Both the position numbers and the translations under genes were made by a program. This document shows positions 12,904 to 26,559 of a stretch of DNA of 64,000 nucleotides, piece by piece. How positions within the stretch are numbered: position 1 is the first letter of the stretch; each line of letters begins with the position of its first letter. The DNA lies in NCBI RefSeq assembly GCF_001194135.2, contig NC_068993.1, positions 19,956,149 to 20,020,148 on the forward strand. Direction: 5' to 3'. Source of the stretch: Octopus bimaculoides. Taxonomy: Eukaryota. Below the pieces are notes generated by a model. The model worked only from the letters and a program-made list of their open reading frames with translations, did no database searches and was not told where the DNA came from.

Positions 12904-13062
12904 CTGTTTTTCCCTGAAAGAACGCTTGTTTTTCTTGCCTAAAAGTTTGTGTTTAACCATCATGAAGTTCTTGTTTCTCTTCTTTTCCTTGTTAGTTGAA
13001 CTGGCATTGGGGTTTCGTTTCGGACGTGCTTTACCAAATTGTTCTCTCTCGGTCTTTCCAGC
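12904..13062 (-). CDS. SDAD1: SDAD1 exon AGKTEREQFGKARPKRNPNASSTNKEKKRNKNFMMVKHKLLGKKNKRSFREKQ
   Basis: 159 nt, tattcAG / GTgaga, phase 0/0; SSTNKEK..KNFMM and KRSFREKQ motifs. Confidence 0.97.
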
Positions 13063-13849
13063 CTGAATAGAGATAAGACAAAGCAAAAATGTGTTATTCT
13101 TTGTTCAGGAGACCCCTCCCTCCAAGTTACCACTCTTTTAGAACCAACACTAACAAGTAATTCTTTTATGACACAATCACGTTACAAAGTGTCTTTTCTT
13201 AAAAACATCCATCATCATCATCTATGTCTGTTTTCCATGCAAGCATAGATTGGACTGTTTGACAGGTGATGGCAGGCTGGAGGGAGATACCAGGCTCCAG
13301 TCATCTCTTTTGGTATGGTTTCTATGGCTGGATGCACCTCCCAATGCCAATGCAACAAAAAAAAATGAAAAATGAATTTACAGCATACAGCGCTCAGGTG
13401 CACCACAACTCACTAGAAATAGAAGATAAAAGTGCATGAATAGTACATAGAATAATACATCGAGAGTGAGATGTTTAAGGTAATAAAAAAGTGTGTGTGT
13501 GTGTGGTGGGAGGTATCAGGTATACTGTTAGCAAATTTCAGGAAGCATGGAAGTTTTGAAGGATATAGTGTCCCATTAGTGAAGATGCATGAGGTAGTGA
13601 GTTCGATTCCTGGACCAAGCTGTGTTGTGTTCTTGTGCAAGACACTTTATTTCATGTTGCTCCAGTTCACTCAGCTGTAGAAATGAGTTGCGACATCACT
13701 GGTGCCAAGCTGTATTGGCCATTGCCTTTCCCTTGAATAGCACCAGTGGTGTGGAGAGGAGAGGCAGGCCTTCCATAAACAACTTAGCCCGGACTTGTGC
13801 TTTGGAGAGTAACTTTCTAGGTGCAATCCCATGGTGACCAAAGGGGGGT

Positions 13850-14070
13850 TCTTCTTTCAAAAATCTCGCCAGTTAACAACTGATGTGGGTAGTTTGTTCC
13901 ATTCTTCAGCAATGCTGAGCATGGAAAAACGTTTCCGAAAGTCAGGGGTGCAGCGTTTTTTTGATTTTTGAAGGAATAGTTTGTTACACATACGTGAGAC
14001 ATATTGCCAAGTGTGACTTGGTTTTAGAAAAGGCAAGACACATCCTAGCATGTTGTACAACATAAGCCAA
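13850..14070 (-). mobile_element. CR1-like LINE C-terminal fragment
   Basis: KRCTPDFRKRFS....EEWNKLPTSVV resembles the CR1 end motif R..FFS.RVV..WN.LP..VV. Confidence 0.65.
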
Positions 14071-15061
14071 GAGTTGGTGACTGGGGTGAATCTGATGGTA
14101 AAGCATTACATCAGTAAATCTTCCAACCCATGACAGCATGGAAAAGCAGACATGAAACACATGATTTGATGATGATGATGATGAATGACATATTTTTTTT
14201 TACTCGCTTTGGTCACTGGACTATGGCCATGCTGAGGTACCACTAAGAAGAGTTTAGTCAAACAAATCCATCCTGGTACCTTTTTTTAAATCCAGTCACT
14301 TATTCCACCAGTCTATTGCTGAGATGTAAACAAATCAACACTAGTTGCAAAACAGTGGGCAGAAGAAAGAAAAACACTAACACATTTACATACACACACA
14401 CATACACTATGGATTTCCAAACATCTTTCTGCTAATTACATTCACAAGTCACTGGTTGGCTTGAAGCTATAATAGAAGACACTGGCCCAAGGTACCACAG
14501 TGGGTTTGAACCCAAAACCAACTAGTTGCAAACCGAGCTTCATAATGACACAGCCATACCTGCAATTAAATACTTCAGAAATATGCCATTTATTAATGTC
14601 AAGTTCTTCCCATTTCATTTTATTGTTTATGTTTAGGAATTCCAAAAAACATTCATGAAAATCTGATTACAATTATCAAATACAGCATAAATGTCATTGC
14701 ACTACAATCCATGATTTCAATATTTATATTTTAAACTGGATCAAATTTTAAAAGCCAATACTTTATAACAGAAATTCATAAAATGCAACTTAACCATTTT
14801 GAACATAGCTAAAAATTCCAGGATCCTTTATCTTTTCCTTGTTTCAGTAAATGGTTTGCAGTTATGCAGGGGCAGCAGCTTGAAGGGTTTTAGTTGAAGA
14901 TACTGACCCCGGAACTTATATTTTTTTAAAGCCTGGTACTTATTCTATTGATTGTTTTGGTGAAGCCCACAAATTATGGAGATGTAAACAAACCAACACC
15001 GGATGCCAAGCAGAGCTTGAGGAAACAAATAGAGGTACAATGACAAAAATGTTACACTATC

Positions 15062-15450
15062 AGGTGCAGGAGTGGCTGTGTGGTAAGTAGCTTGCTTACC
15101 AACCACATGGTTCCGGGTCCAGTCCCACTGCGTGGCATCTTGGGAAAGTGTCTTCTACTATAGCCTCGGGCCGACCAAAGCCTTGTGAATGGATTTGGTA
15201 GACAGAAACTGAAAGAAGCCCGTCGTATATATGTATATGTATGTTTGTGTGTATATCCCCCCAACATCGCTTGACAACCGATGCTGGTGTGTTTACGTCC
15301 CCGTAACTTAGCGGTTCAGCAAAAAGAACCCGATAGAATAAGTACTAGGTTTACAAAGAATAAGTTTTGGGGTCGATTTTCTCGACTAAAGGTGGTGCTC
15401 CAGCATGGCCACAGTCAAATGACTGAAACAAGTAAAAGAGTAAAGAGAGA
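15062..15450 (+). mobile_element. tRNA-derived SINE family A (about 400 bp, internal TA/TG microsatellite)
   Basis: Head ggagtggctgtgtggtaag...ggttccgggttcagtccc, tail gactgaaacaagtaaaagag. Confidence 0.9.
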
Positions 15451-15481
15451 GAGTATCAAAGTGAAGATTAAATCAACTTAC

Positions 15482-15566
15482 TTTCACTGTGGCTAGACGA
15501 GCTTCTTTGTCGTGCTTTCTTTTCTTATGAATCATCTCTATCAAGGAGAGATCAAGAATTTCTTTT
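15482..15566 (-). CDS. SDAD1: SDAD1 exon KEILDLSLIEMIHKKRKHDKEARLATVK
   Basis: 85 nt, tgtttcAG / GTaagt, phase 2/0; motif HKK.K.DKE.RLAT. Confidence 0.95.
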
Positions 15567-15883
15567 CTGAAACACAAAGTGGGGGAAAAATTAAAAAAAT
15601 AAAAAAACATTAAAGAAACATAAGAGAAAATGGAGTTGCTACAGAGTCACTCAACCTGCCAGAAACAGCAGCCAAGTTTTTAAATTATACTCTACAGTCT
15701 TAAAGGAAGGACACAATAGATAAAACAAGTTCATTATACGTAAAAAATAGAATGATTATGACAGGAATGCCACTGATACTAGGTTTGTCAAATATGGATT
15801 GACCTGGGACTCTAAAAAGCAGCAACAATGGTAACTGCTCTATTGTTGGGTTGGGTTCTCTTCATCTCTTTTCCCGTTTATAT

Positions 15884-16190
15884 CAGTGGTTCTCAACCAT
15901 TTTTTGCTTAGGGACCCCCTTTGATTAATACTTTACTGTGGTGGACCCCCATAGCCATTATTCAATATTTAAAAACTAATTTTATGGATACTTCTTTCAG
16001 AATTCCTGTTTTGATTTTCACACATTCACACATACCCTTGTGTAGTTTGGACTATGTAAAAACCTTAGAGAAAGAAACTTAGTTATTTCTTGCAATACAT
16101 ACAACTGAAGCAGAAGTTTCCCCATGGACCCTAAATATACAGCTGTGGATCTCCAATTTACTAATCTGCATACAGTGATCTAAACATATA
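15884..16190. mobile_element. hAT-like MITE, one terminus only
   Basis: Begins cagtggttctcaacc (Charlie-type terminus); matching right TIR not found. Confidence 0.5.
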
Positions 16191-16201
16191 TATATATATA
16201 T

Positions 16202-16603
16202 AGGCGCAGGAGTGGCTGTGTGGTAAGTAGCTTACTTACAAACCACATGGTTCTGGGTTCAGTCCCACTGCGTGGCACCTTGGGCAAGTGTCTTCTCCTA
16301 TAGACTCGGGCCGACCAAAGCCTTGTGAGTGGATTTGGTAGACGGAAACTGAAAGAAGCCCATCGTATATATGTATATGTATGTGTGTGTGTATGTTTGT
16401 GTGTCTGTGTTTGTCCCACCAACATCGCTTGACAACCGATGCTGGTGTTTACGTCCCCGTAACTTAGCAGTTCGGCAAAAGAGACCGATAGAATAAGTAC
16501 TAGGTTTACAAAGAATAAGTCCTGGGATCGATTTGCTCGACTAAAGGCAGTGCTCCAGCATGGCCACAGTCAAATGACTGAAACAAGTAAAAGAGTAAAA
16601 GAG
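16202..16603 (+). mobile_element. SINE family A
   Basis: Near-identical to 15062-15450 and 41900-42300. Confidence 0.9.
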
Positions 16604-17329
16604 TAATATTGCTATGTAACTTTTGCTCTAATAGACTAAATATACATTCAGCCTAGAATGAATAGCACCAAAGCACCTTTCGAACATTGGGCCTAACAGA
16701 GGTGCAGTAACAAGTATCCAAGACCTTTGGCAACATACTGAGCTTCAGAAGACCTGTCAAGCCAAGTGAGATTGAAGTTGTGGTCGGTACCAGTGTTATG
16801 TAAATGGTACCTGTGCAGGTGGCATGTAAAAAGCACCCACTACACTCTTGGAGTGGTTGGTGTTAGCAAGGGCGTCCAGCTGGGGAAACCATGCGAAATC
16901 TGATTGGAACCTGATACAGCTCTTCAGCTTACCAGTTTTTAGTCAAGCCATTCAACCCATGCCAGCATGGAAAACTGATGGATGATGATGATGGTTTTAC
17001 TGTTCAGCATCATCATCACTGTTTTACAGTCCACCTGTACATGCTTGCATGGGTCAGATGGAATTTAGTAAGGTAGATTTTTCACACCTGGGTGCCTTTC
17101 CTGACACCAACACTCACCTGTTTCCAAGCAAGGTAATATTTCCACATGATGGTGACACTTGCTTACAACTATCATGCAATGTCAAGACAAGGAAACAACA
17201 GATACACACATGTGCACACACACACACACACAATGGGCTTCTTTCAGTTTCTGTCACCAAATCCACTTGCAAGCCTTGGGTGGCTTTGGGTTACAGAAGA
17301 CACTTGTCCACGGTGTCAGTGGAGGAGGA

Positions 17330-17830
17330 TGTTCTGAAATAATAGTTGCTGGATTAAAAATAGGAAGGAAGAAATTCAGAGAGATAATACCTCTGCTGAC
17401 AGCAAAAGGTCCCTCTTTCCGAATGAAAAAAAGATCATATGATGCTTGTGTACAAACAGCAAAGTTACATGGTTGTGAGACATGGTCCTTGAATGAGAGG
17501 GCATGGAAAGACGCGAGGAATGAAGCTGGTATGCTCTATTGAATGTGTGGTATCAGTGTGTTTGTACAATAAAGTGCTAATGTATTGAGAGTGAAAAAGT
17601 TAGGCAAAAAGAGTAATCTGATGTAGTGTGCTGGTTTAGTCATGTGATATGTATGGATGAGGACAGCTGGACAAAGGAGCACTAATCACATAAATTGGAT
17701 GGATCTTGTGGGAGAGGGAGACTTTGGAAGATATGGAATGAAGTTGTGAAAGCTGATCTCAAGATGTTGAATCTTACAGAGATGACAAAAGACTGAAATG
17801 ATTGGTGATTTGTTGTGCTTCAGTAGACCC
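17330..17830 (+). mobile_element. RTE-clade LINE ORF 3' fragment, decayed
   Basis: KFREIIPLL..KG.S.R.K.R.YDACV.TA.LHGCETW motif. Confidence 0.85.
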
Positions 17831-17848
17831 ATCCTTCAGAGCAGAAAT

Positions 17849-18080
17849 GGCAAGCTGGAAGAAACGTTAGCACGCCGGGCAAAATGCTTAGCGGTATTTC
17901 GTCTGCCGTTACGTTCTGAGTTCAAATATCGCCAAGGTCGACTTTGCCTTTCATCCTTTCGGGGTCGATAAATTAAGTACCAGTTACACACTGGGGTCGA
18001 TGTAATCGACTTAATCCCTTTGTCTGTCCTTGTTTGTCCTCTCTATGTTTCGCCCCTTGTGGGCAATAAAGAAATAAGAA
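17849..18080 (+). mobile_element. SINE family B
   Basis: Same body as 9805-10042; flanked by agaaatg on both sides. Confidence 0.9.
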
Positions 18081-18177
18081 ATGATATACTTAAACCACCA
18101 ACGTTTTGCTTGTATGTGGGCATCCTGCTCCAACCTTTCTCTCGGCCCTGTCAAGTATTTCCCCCATATCTCATCTC

Positions 18178-18797
18178 GGATCTTTTTTAAAACGGGGGCC
18201 ACNNNNNNNNNNNNNNNNNNNNNNNNNNNNNNNNNNNNNNNNNNNNNNNNNNNNNNNNNNNNNNNNNNNNNNNNNNNNNNNNNNNNNNNNNNNNNNNNNN
18301 NNNNNNNNNNNNNNNNNNNNNNNNNNNNNNNNNNNNNNNNNNNNNNNNNNNNNNNNNNNNNNNNNNNNNNNNNNNNNNNNNNNNNNNNNNNNNNNNNNNN
18401 NNNNNNNNNNNNNNNNNNNNNNNNNNNNNNNNNNNNNNNNNNNNNNNNNNNNNNNNNNNNNNNNNNNNNNNNNNNNNNNNNNNNNNNNNNNNNNNNNNNN
18501 NNNNNNNNNNNNNNNNNNNNNNNNNNNNNNNNNNNNNNNNNNNNNNNNNNNNNNNAATACGCTTTACATCGCTTAATCAGCCAAAGGAGTAAATCTAAAC
18601 AACTGAATACTTGTCAGTGATTGGTTGAAATTATCGAAATAAGACAATTTTTTACATGAAATAAATTCGAATACAAAAATATTTTTCTGTTCTATAACAC
18701 AAAATAGATAAGTATGCGAAGTTTGAAAGTATTTCGGTACCAAAAACACTACGTAAAACATTAATGAAAAATGTGGCCCCCATTTTTAAAAAGATCC
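18178..18797. mobile_element. Non-autonomous DNA transposon with about 25-bp TIRs and 8-bp TSD (spans a gap)
   Basis: TIRs ggatcttttttaaaacgggggccac / gtggcccccatttttaaaaagatcc; TSD ctcatctc at 18170-18177 and 18798-18805. Confidence 0.85.
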
Positions 18798-20717
18798 CTC
18801 ATCTCCTAACACCCACCACTTTTTCCCCTATGATACTTCTTGGCTGATGTAATCATCTGAGACTAGAATAAGCACACATTCCATCCTCCTCTTTTCTGGT
18901 TACTTCCATAACTCCACCCCTGAGCCACTTCCATTTCTCATTATCATCCCTGCCCATACTATTTCCACCAATCATTTCCTTTCTGTGCCTTCAGTCACTG
19001 CCTTCTCTCTCTCTCTCTCTCCCCTGCTATACTCCATTCTTAACATCTCTCTTATCTGCTATCACTCTCAATGCCCTCTTATAATCTACCATCACGACCT
19101 ACATACCATAGACTGCTCCTCACCCTACCAAACCACTCCTCTCTCACTATCACTCCTTATGTTTACTTCTACCTCCATTTCTATACCATTTCCGATCATA
19201 CTTTTATAAACCCCTACCCTCACTCACGATCCACTCTTCACATCCTGTCACCACCATTTGTCTTCTTTCCAGCTGCTCACAACACCTCTTAGATAATGTG
19301 GTGTAGTTTTGTATCTCTTGAACAGGGCACTTGGGTTTGTCCTTCCTTCACACACAAGCCCCTGCAACACCTGGCAAAAACCCTGCTCAAATACTAATAC
19401 TAACCCCTTCATTTATTCAAGCAGGTTCTTTTCTTTTACCCCTACTTTTCCTTCTCTTCCTTTTCTTTTCTTATCTCACAGTAAATCACTTAGCAACCTC
19501 ACTAATGCCAGAGGGGTGTAAGGGCATGAAAACAGCACCCAGTACACTCTCCAAAGTGGTTGGTGTTAAGGTCATCCAGCTGTAGATACCAAGCCAAAGC
19601 TACATTAGAGATCTCTGCAAACCTGCAGCTTACCAGGTCCTGCAAAACCATCCACAGCAGCTTGAAAAATAAATGTTAAATGTAGTAATGGCTGTATAGT
19701 AAGAAGCTTGCTTCCCAGCCACATGGTCCTGGGTTCAGTCCCACTGTGTGACACCTTGAACAAATGACTTCTACTATAGCTTTGGGCTGACCAAAGCCTT
19801 GTGAGTGAATTTGGTAGATGATGGAAACTGAAAGAAGCCTGTTATATATACACACACACACATACACACGCATCTATGTGTGTATCTGTGCATCTGTATT
19901 TGCCCCCACTTCACTGCTTGACAACCAGTGTTGGTGTGATTACGTCCCTGTAACTTAGCAGTTCAGCAAAAGATACTGATAGAATAAGTACTAGGTTTAA
20001 AAAAAGTAAGTCCAGGGGTCAATTTATTTGATTAAAACCCTTCAAGGTGGTGTTCTAGCATGGCCTAGTGAAATGGCTGCAACAAATAAAAGAATGATGA
20101 TGATGATGATGATGATGATGGTGATGATAAAGATGGCACTGTTAATGATGGTGCATGTGTGTGCGCATAAAGAAGGTAGTAATCTTCCAGCAGATAGGAC
20201 AAATGGCCTAAATATAAATTAAGTGGAGAACCATGTAAATGAGCATTTACAGCCTATAAAGATATGTCTAGGAGACCAGGTATGTTTTGTAGTGGAATGC
20301 AAACAAACAAACACCATCAAGAAGCCACTGTTTACAAACTAGCAAACACAAAGGAAATATGAAGTCACCCCCAACCCCACCCCCATCCACCCACACACAT
20401 ATATATGCACACACACACAAACATACATACATACATATACATTTTTTATCCTTTATGTTTTACTTGCTTCAGTCATTAGATTGCGGTCATGCTGGGGCAC
20501 CACCTTGAAGATCTTTGTTAGACTTGCAGACTTTATGGCATACACGGCATTGAAAGGTGCACACAGATATATATATAGGCAGAATAGTTGGTGGAGGCTT
20601 GTTTTTCATGGGTCCACAAATGAGACTTGAGCCTAGCATGGTCTGTTACAAACTGTGCACACAAAAAAGATCACTGAGATTCACCTTCTCGACCGCAACA
20701 TGTCAAAGAATATAAGA

Positions 20718-20832
<115 letters not shown>

Positions 20833-21815
20833 ACAGGGTTCTTTTAGTTTTTGGTTAACAAATCCACACACAAGGCCTTTGGTCAGCCCAGGACTATAGT
20901 AGAAGACACTTGCCCAAGGTGCCATGCAGTGAAACTGAACCTGAAACCACATGTTTAGGAAGAAAATGTCTTCAACACTTCACTACTAACATATGCATAC
21001 ACACACACACACACACATTTGAGTGTACAAATAGGGAGAAAAAACAAAAAGAAACTAATCATTACATACACCATAGTTTATTAACTTGTTCAAAGCCACA
21101 GGCATGTAACACATACGCACACAATACATACAGGCAGGATGAAAAAAAAGGAAGCATGATAAAGATCTCACACACACACACACACACACATAAGTTAAGA
21201 GAAAAAAATATACAGAGAGAAATCAAACATAAGACAGACAGACTGACTTCGTAGTGTGAGTCAATAATGTAGATAACACAGAACAGAATATCATGCTCCT
21301 AATAATTACTTTATGAAAGATTGAAAACGAAAAACAAAAAAGAAATTGTTGGTTATAGCTATTTTGCAAGGCAGAGATGGGGACGGGGTTAAGTTTTCTT
21401 TTCTGATTTCCTTTTTTAGTTTTTTTTTTTTCTTGACAGTGTATTGGGGTGGAGGTGCATTTAGAAGAGTGTGAGGGGAAGATGGTTAGAAATGAGAGTA
21501 GAGGTATAAGAAAAGAATGATGGTGAGAGAGGAGTCATTCGTGGGGGGACGGGTGCTCTGTGATATTTTTAATTTTTTATCTTTCTTTTGAGAGTGCAAG
21601 GTTAATACAAATTAAAATAATTGAATGAGACCTTGGAAATATACTTAGTATCTGTTTGTTCTTTATTCATCATCATCGTCATCATTTAACGCCCACCTTC
21701 TATCACCACTGATACTGCCATCATCATCATCATTATCATCAGTGAGTTATGAACTTAGCATAATAATTATGATGACATCTATAATCCAATAGCAACAGTG
21801 ATGAATCAACTATGT

Positions 21816-22198
21816 TGTTGGCACTCCGTCGCTTACGACGTCAAGGGTTCCAGTTGTTCCGATCAACGGAACAGCCTGCTCGTGAAATTAACGTGCAAGT
21901 GGCTGAGCACTCCACAGACACATGTACCCTTAACATAGTTCTCGGGGATATTCAGCGTGACACAGTGTGACAAGGCTGACCCTTTGAATTACAGCCACAA
22001 CAGAAACAGGAAGTAAGAGTGAGAGAAAGTTGTAGTGAAAGAGTACAGCAGGGTTCGCCACCATCCCCTGCCGGAGCCTCGTGGAGCTTTTAGGTGTTTT
22101 CGCTCAATAAACACTCACAACGCCCGGTCTGGGAATCTAAACCGCGATCCTATGACTGTGAGTCCGCTGCCCTAACCACTGGGCCATTGTGCCTCCAC
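21816..22198 (-). mobile_element. tRNA-derived SINE family C, full length
   Basis: tRNA-like head; 14-bp TSD tgaatcaactatgt at 21802-21815 and 22199-22212. Confidence 0.9.
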
Positions 22199-23049
22199 TG
22201 AATCAACTATGTCTGCATTATAAAAAATACTCCTCAAAACATTGATATAGCTGTCATCGACAAATAAAGCATCTGTGAAGGCGTTTGGCTTAGTGGTTAG
22301 ATTATTCAGCTCACGATCATAAGGTAGTGAGTTCAATACCTAGAGGCATGTAGTGTCCTTGAGCAAGACACTTTATTTCACATTGTTCCAGTTCACTCAG
22401 CTGGCAAAAATGTGTAATATCATATAAGTATTTGGTTGGCGTTAGGAATGGCATCCAGCTGTAGAAACTCTGCCAGATCAGATTGGAGCCTGGTGCAGCC
22501 TTCTGGCTTGCCAGTCGTCAGTCAAATCGTCCAACCCATGCTAGCATGGAAGGCGGACGTTAAACGATGATGATGATAATGATTGTGTGTGTTACATTCC
22601 GTGTGATACTGAATCGCCCTGAGAACTACATTAAGGGTAAGCATGTCTGTGGAGTGCTCAGCCATGTGCACATTAATTTCACGAGCAGGTCGTTCTGTTG
22701 ATTAGATCAAGTGAAACACTTGTCATAATCAACAGAGTGCCAGTTATTTTTTTTTTTGCTTTTAGATAAAGTATCTGCCATATGCACCGGCCACTGTTCT
22801 CACACATGCAGCCATCATCATTAAAGCAAGGAAAAAAATTTACAGTAGATAATAAACAAAGAATGGACTTTACGAGACCTTATATGGTAATATAGGCCCA
22901 AAGTTAATAATAAACTGTAAGTAGTACAGCAGGTATGCACTTGATAGTGTTTAATTTGAAATTAAAATTTCTGAAAACCTTCCAAATAGGAAATAGCTTT
23001 GAATGAGAAAAACACTACAAAAGTGTAATTCCTGAAACTTTCACTTTCA

Positions 23050-23570
23050 ACAAAACACTCTTATACAGATGATATCCCCCTGCACACAAGTGTCAGCCAC
23101 ATGCAACCTAGACATTTCACAACAGACGTGCCTGTACATACCCTGGACCCCACCCTACACAACCAAACGCATTAATCTTATCACTCTGTCCTTCCCTTTC
23201 TTACTAATTGCAGATACTAATTCACTTTCCTTTTACCTGCTCTTTCCACAGTCCCCACTTACATTAACACAGTTTACCCTGACAACTTTCTCCAATACCA
23301 CCCTGAGTTGTTTGAAAGGATTAAATCAGAAAGCTCCAAATCATCCACCAATGGAGTGTTAACAACAGCACCTCTTCAACTTGTAGCCAAAGTAAAACCA
23401 TTACACCTCAAGACTACACCTTATCTTCTCTTCATCAACACATAATAAAAACCCTCCAACTCGCCACAACCTCTGGGGGTCATTCTTGGTGACCAACCAT
23501 TACAAACATTGCCAAAATTACATCCCATGGGTAAAGCTTCTTCCTCCCCAGGATCAGAAAATATTTCCAT
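23050..23570 (+). mobile_element. Possible ancient CR1/L2-type RT remnant
   Basis: HSYTDDIPLH resembles the HSYADD RT motif; the rest is too decayed to align by eye. Confidence 0.3.
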
Positions 23571-23578
23571 CTGAATAA

Positions 23579-24216
23579 CCCCTTTTAGCATTCAGATTAC
23601 TCTGTCAAATGTGATACTTATTCTCTCTTTTACTTGTTTCAGTCATTTGACTGCAGCCATGCTGGAGCACCGCCTTTTAGTCGAGAAAATCGACCCCAGG
23701 ACTTATTCTTTGTAAGCCTAGTACTTATTCTATCGGCCTCTTTTTTGCTGAACCGCTAAGTTACGGGGACGTAAAAAACACACCATCATCGGTTGTCAAG
23801 CAATAGTGGGTGGGGGGGACAAACACAGACACACAAACACACATACATACATATATATACACATATATACGACGGGCTTCTTTCAGTTTCCGTCTACCAA
23901 ATCCACTCACAAGGCCATGGTCGGCCCGAGGCTATAGTAGAAGACACTTGCCCAAGGTGCCACGCAGTGGGACTGAACCCAGAACCATGTGGATGGTAAG
24001 CAAGCTACTTACCACACAGCCACTCCTGCGCCTATTTATTCATGTTGTTTTGAATTATCCATGTATCATCTCACAACTTCAAGATTTCAATGATGTGCTT
24101 GTGTATATTTTCGGAATGACATTGTAAAGTAAGTGAGAGAGGCCTGATCTGACCAGTTTGAGCATTAGTCAGGAAGAATATTTGAGTTGGATATGGCCAG
24201 TTTAAATACTAAAGGG
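23579..24216. mobile_element. TTAA-type (piggyBac-like) MITE interrupted by SINE A
   Basis: Left end ccccttttagcattc, right end aaatactaaaggg|ttaa; SINE A inside at about 23623-24032. Confidence 0.75.
23623..24032 (-). mobile_element. SINE family A nested in a MITE
   Basis: Full head and tail. Confidence 0.9.
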
Positions 24217-24344
24217 TTAATTGCTGAATATTTGTACCACTTTTAAAAAAGCAATTTATAATTGCGAAAAGAGAATCTAAACTAGATCTTAGTCGCTGCT
24301 TAAAAGACAAAATAGTCAAGGAACATGAATTAATTAGGGCTTAC

Positions 24345-24592
24345 CTTGGACCAAGTTCTTTTTCAAGCGCTTCATCAGCACGCTTCCTCTTGTGTTTCTG
24401 TACAGGATCCAACTGCTTCTTCACCAAAGCATGGTTGATCTTCTCAAAGTCGGTCTCTGTAAAAATCCTTTGATCTGATATTTGCAAAGCAGATTGTTTC
24501 TTCTCTTCCAGTTCCTGCTTGACCAAAACCTTTGTTTTTGAATATTTTACTTTCTTCTGTTTAGTCTTGGTTTCTTTTGGAACCTCAGATTT
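24345..24592 (-). CDS. SDAD1: SDAD1 exon KSEVPKETKTKQKKVKYSKTK...QRIFTETDFEKIN...KRKRADEALEKELGP(R)
   Basis: 248 nt, cttctAG / GTaagc, phase 0/2; RIFTETDFEKI corresponds to RVLTQEDFQKI. Confidence 0.92.
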
Positions 24593-24944
24593 CTAGAAGC
24601 AAAGGAAAGAAAACATCAATTTCTAAATGAAAATGAAATGATTTATGAAACTGACACGAAAACATCAGAGTACATATTTATGCTAGAATGGTTCAGTGGA
24701 TTTGAATGACATTCACATAACTTGAAGAAACATTTGTTTTACATTAAATAGATAGAGCTATATCTTGTGAGAGTCGTTTTGCCTTTTTAAAATTTTTAAT
24801 AAGATAGAAGATGGATCAGTGAATTTCAACAGTGCAGGTCCTGTAAGACTGAAAAATAAAGCATTGTTAAAAGTTAATATATTTGTTGTCTCTCTCTCTC
24901 TCTATTTTCCACATTTATTTAATTTTTCTTTACATCGTAGGAGC

Positions 24945-25457
24945 GGCTGTGTGGTTAGTAGCTTGCTTACCAACCACATGGTTCTGGGTTCAGTCCCACT
25001 GCGTGGCACTTTAGGCAAGTGTCTTCTACTATAGCCTCAGGCCGACCAAAGCCTTGTGAGTGGATTTGGTAGACGGAAACTGAAAGAAGCNNNNNNNNNN
25101 NNNNNNNNNNNNNNNNNNNNNNNNNNNNNNNNNNNNNNNNNNNNNNNNNNNNNNNNNNNNNNNNNNNNNNNNNNNNNNNNNNNNNNNNNNNNNNNNNNNN
25201 NNNNNNNNNNNNNNNNNNNNNNNNNNNNNNNNNNNNNNNNNNNNNNNNNNNNNNNNNNNNNNNNNNNNNNNNNNNNNNNNNNNNNNNNNNNNNNNNNNNN
25301 NNNNNNNNNNNNNNNNNNNNNNNNNNNNNNNNNNNNNNNNNNNNNNNNNNNNNNNNNNNNNNNNNNNNNNNNNNAATAAGTCCTGGGGTTGATTTGCTCG
25401 ACTAAAGGCGGTGCTCCAGCATGGCCGCAGTCAAATGACTGAAACAAGTAAAAGAGT
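24945..25457 (+). mobile_element. SINE family A with its internal microsatellite in an N gap
   Basis: Head up to gaaagaagc, gap, then tail. Confidence 0.85.
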
Positions 25458-26559
25458 ATCTGAGAAATAATTTTAGTATTTAGAGCTGCTAGCATGTCTC
25501 AGGTATTTACCTAGCAAACCTGTCTGATGATACAGTGATTTCAAATGTTTTATCTTGCTATAAACACTTTCAAATAAATATCTCATTACTAAATTTGTGT
25601 GTGTGTGTACGTATACACGTATACGTATTTATGCATGCATGTGTATAAACCAGTATAAATCTGTGTCCTGCAAAGTCTATATTCACTGCCAACTTTTATC
25701 TACCTGTTGATCACCTTTCCTCTTTCATCCAACTCCCCATTCACTCCAACCATTTTTATCTCTCACTCACCCATACACCTCCATCTCTTACTTTCCCACT
25801 ACCTGTGAAACATGCAAACTATGAATGACATACCCCCACCATCTGTACGTATGGGATACTGTACTGATCCATTTTCATCATTCTACCTGTGCCTACTTAT
25901 CCCTCTTCCATCCATCTCACTTCCTTCTATCATCAATCACCCTTTCATTTATACCTCTCATCTCACCACCTGCCAGTCATCACTCCCTCTCTGCCTCTTC
26001 TTTTAACTCTCACTATGCTCTCCCTCCGGCTTCTCTGCCACCTTCACATCCTCTCAACTCCCTGGATCCACACAACCCTTAACTATGTCCTCTTTCTTGT
26101 GCTCCTTACCCCTACACCTTCTGCCCATATTTGCTCTCACACTATAGAGCAGTCCCGGACCTCACTCAACACAAACTATCTCATCAACAGCTTCACTCTG
26201 TCCTTCACTTTCTCACTAACATCTGACACAATTCTTTTCTCTTTCACCTGTCCTTTTCATACTGCTTTCCCCCAATAGATACCCTTCCTAATGCCAACCA
26301 CTCCACAGAATGTACTGGGTGTTTTTTTATGTGGCACCAGCACCAGTACTGTTAATGTGGCCCCAGTACAAGTACGCTTTATGTGGCACCAGCACCAGTA
26401 TCAATTCTGCTGAGGCAGATGCGTCTTCTTGAGTACAGCAGTGCACCAGATATCTCAGTCCTTAGTCATCTCTTTAGAAAACCAGAGTAAATCAACATCA
26501 ACAAAACTGTCTGACTCATGCAAGCAAGGAATAGTGGATGTTAAAACTATGATGATGAT

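Noticed and set aside
25607-25626. Small perfect palindrome tacgtatac-ac-gtatacgta
   Set aside because: Expected by-product of TA/CA/CG microsatellite slippage
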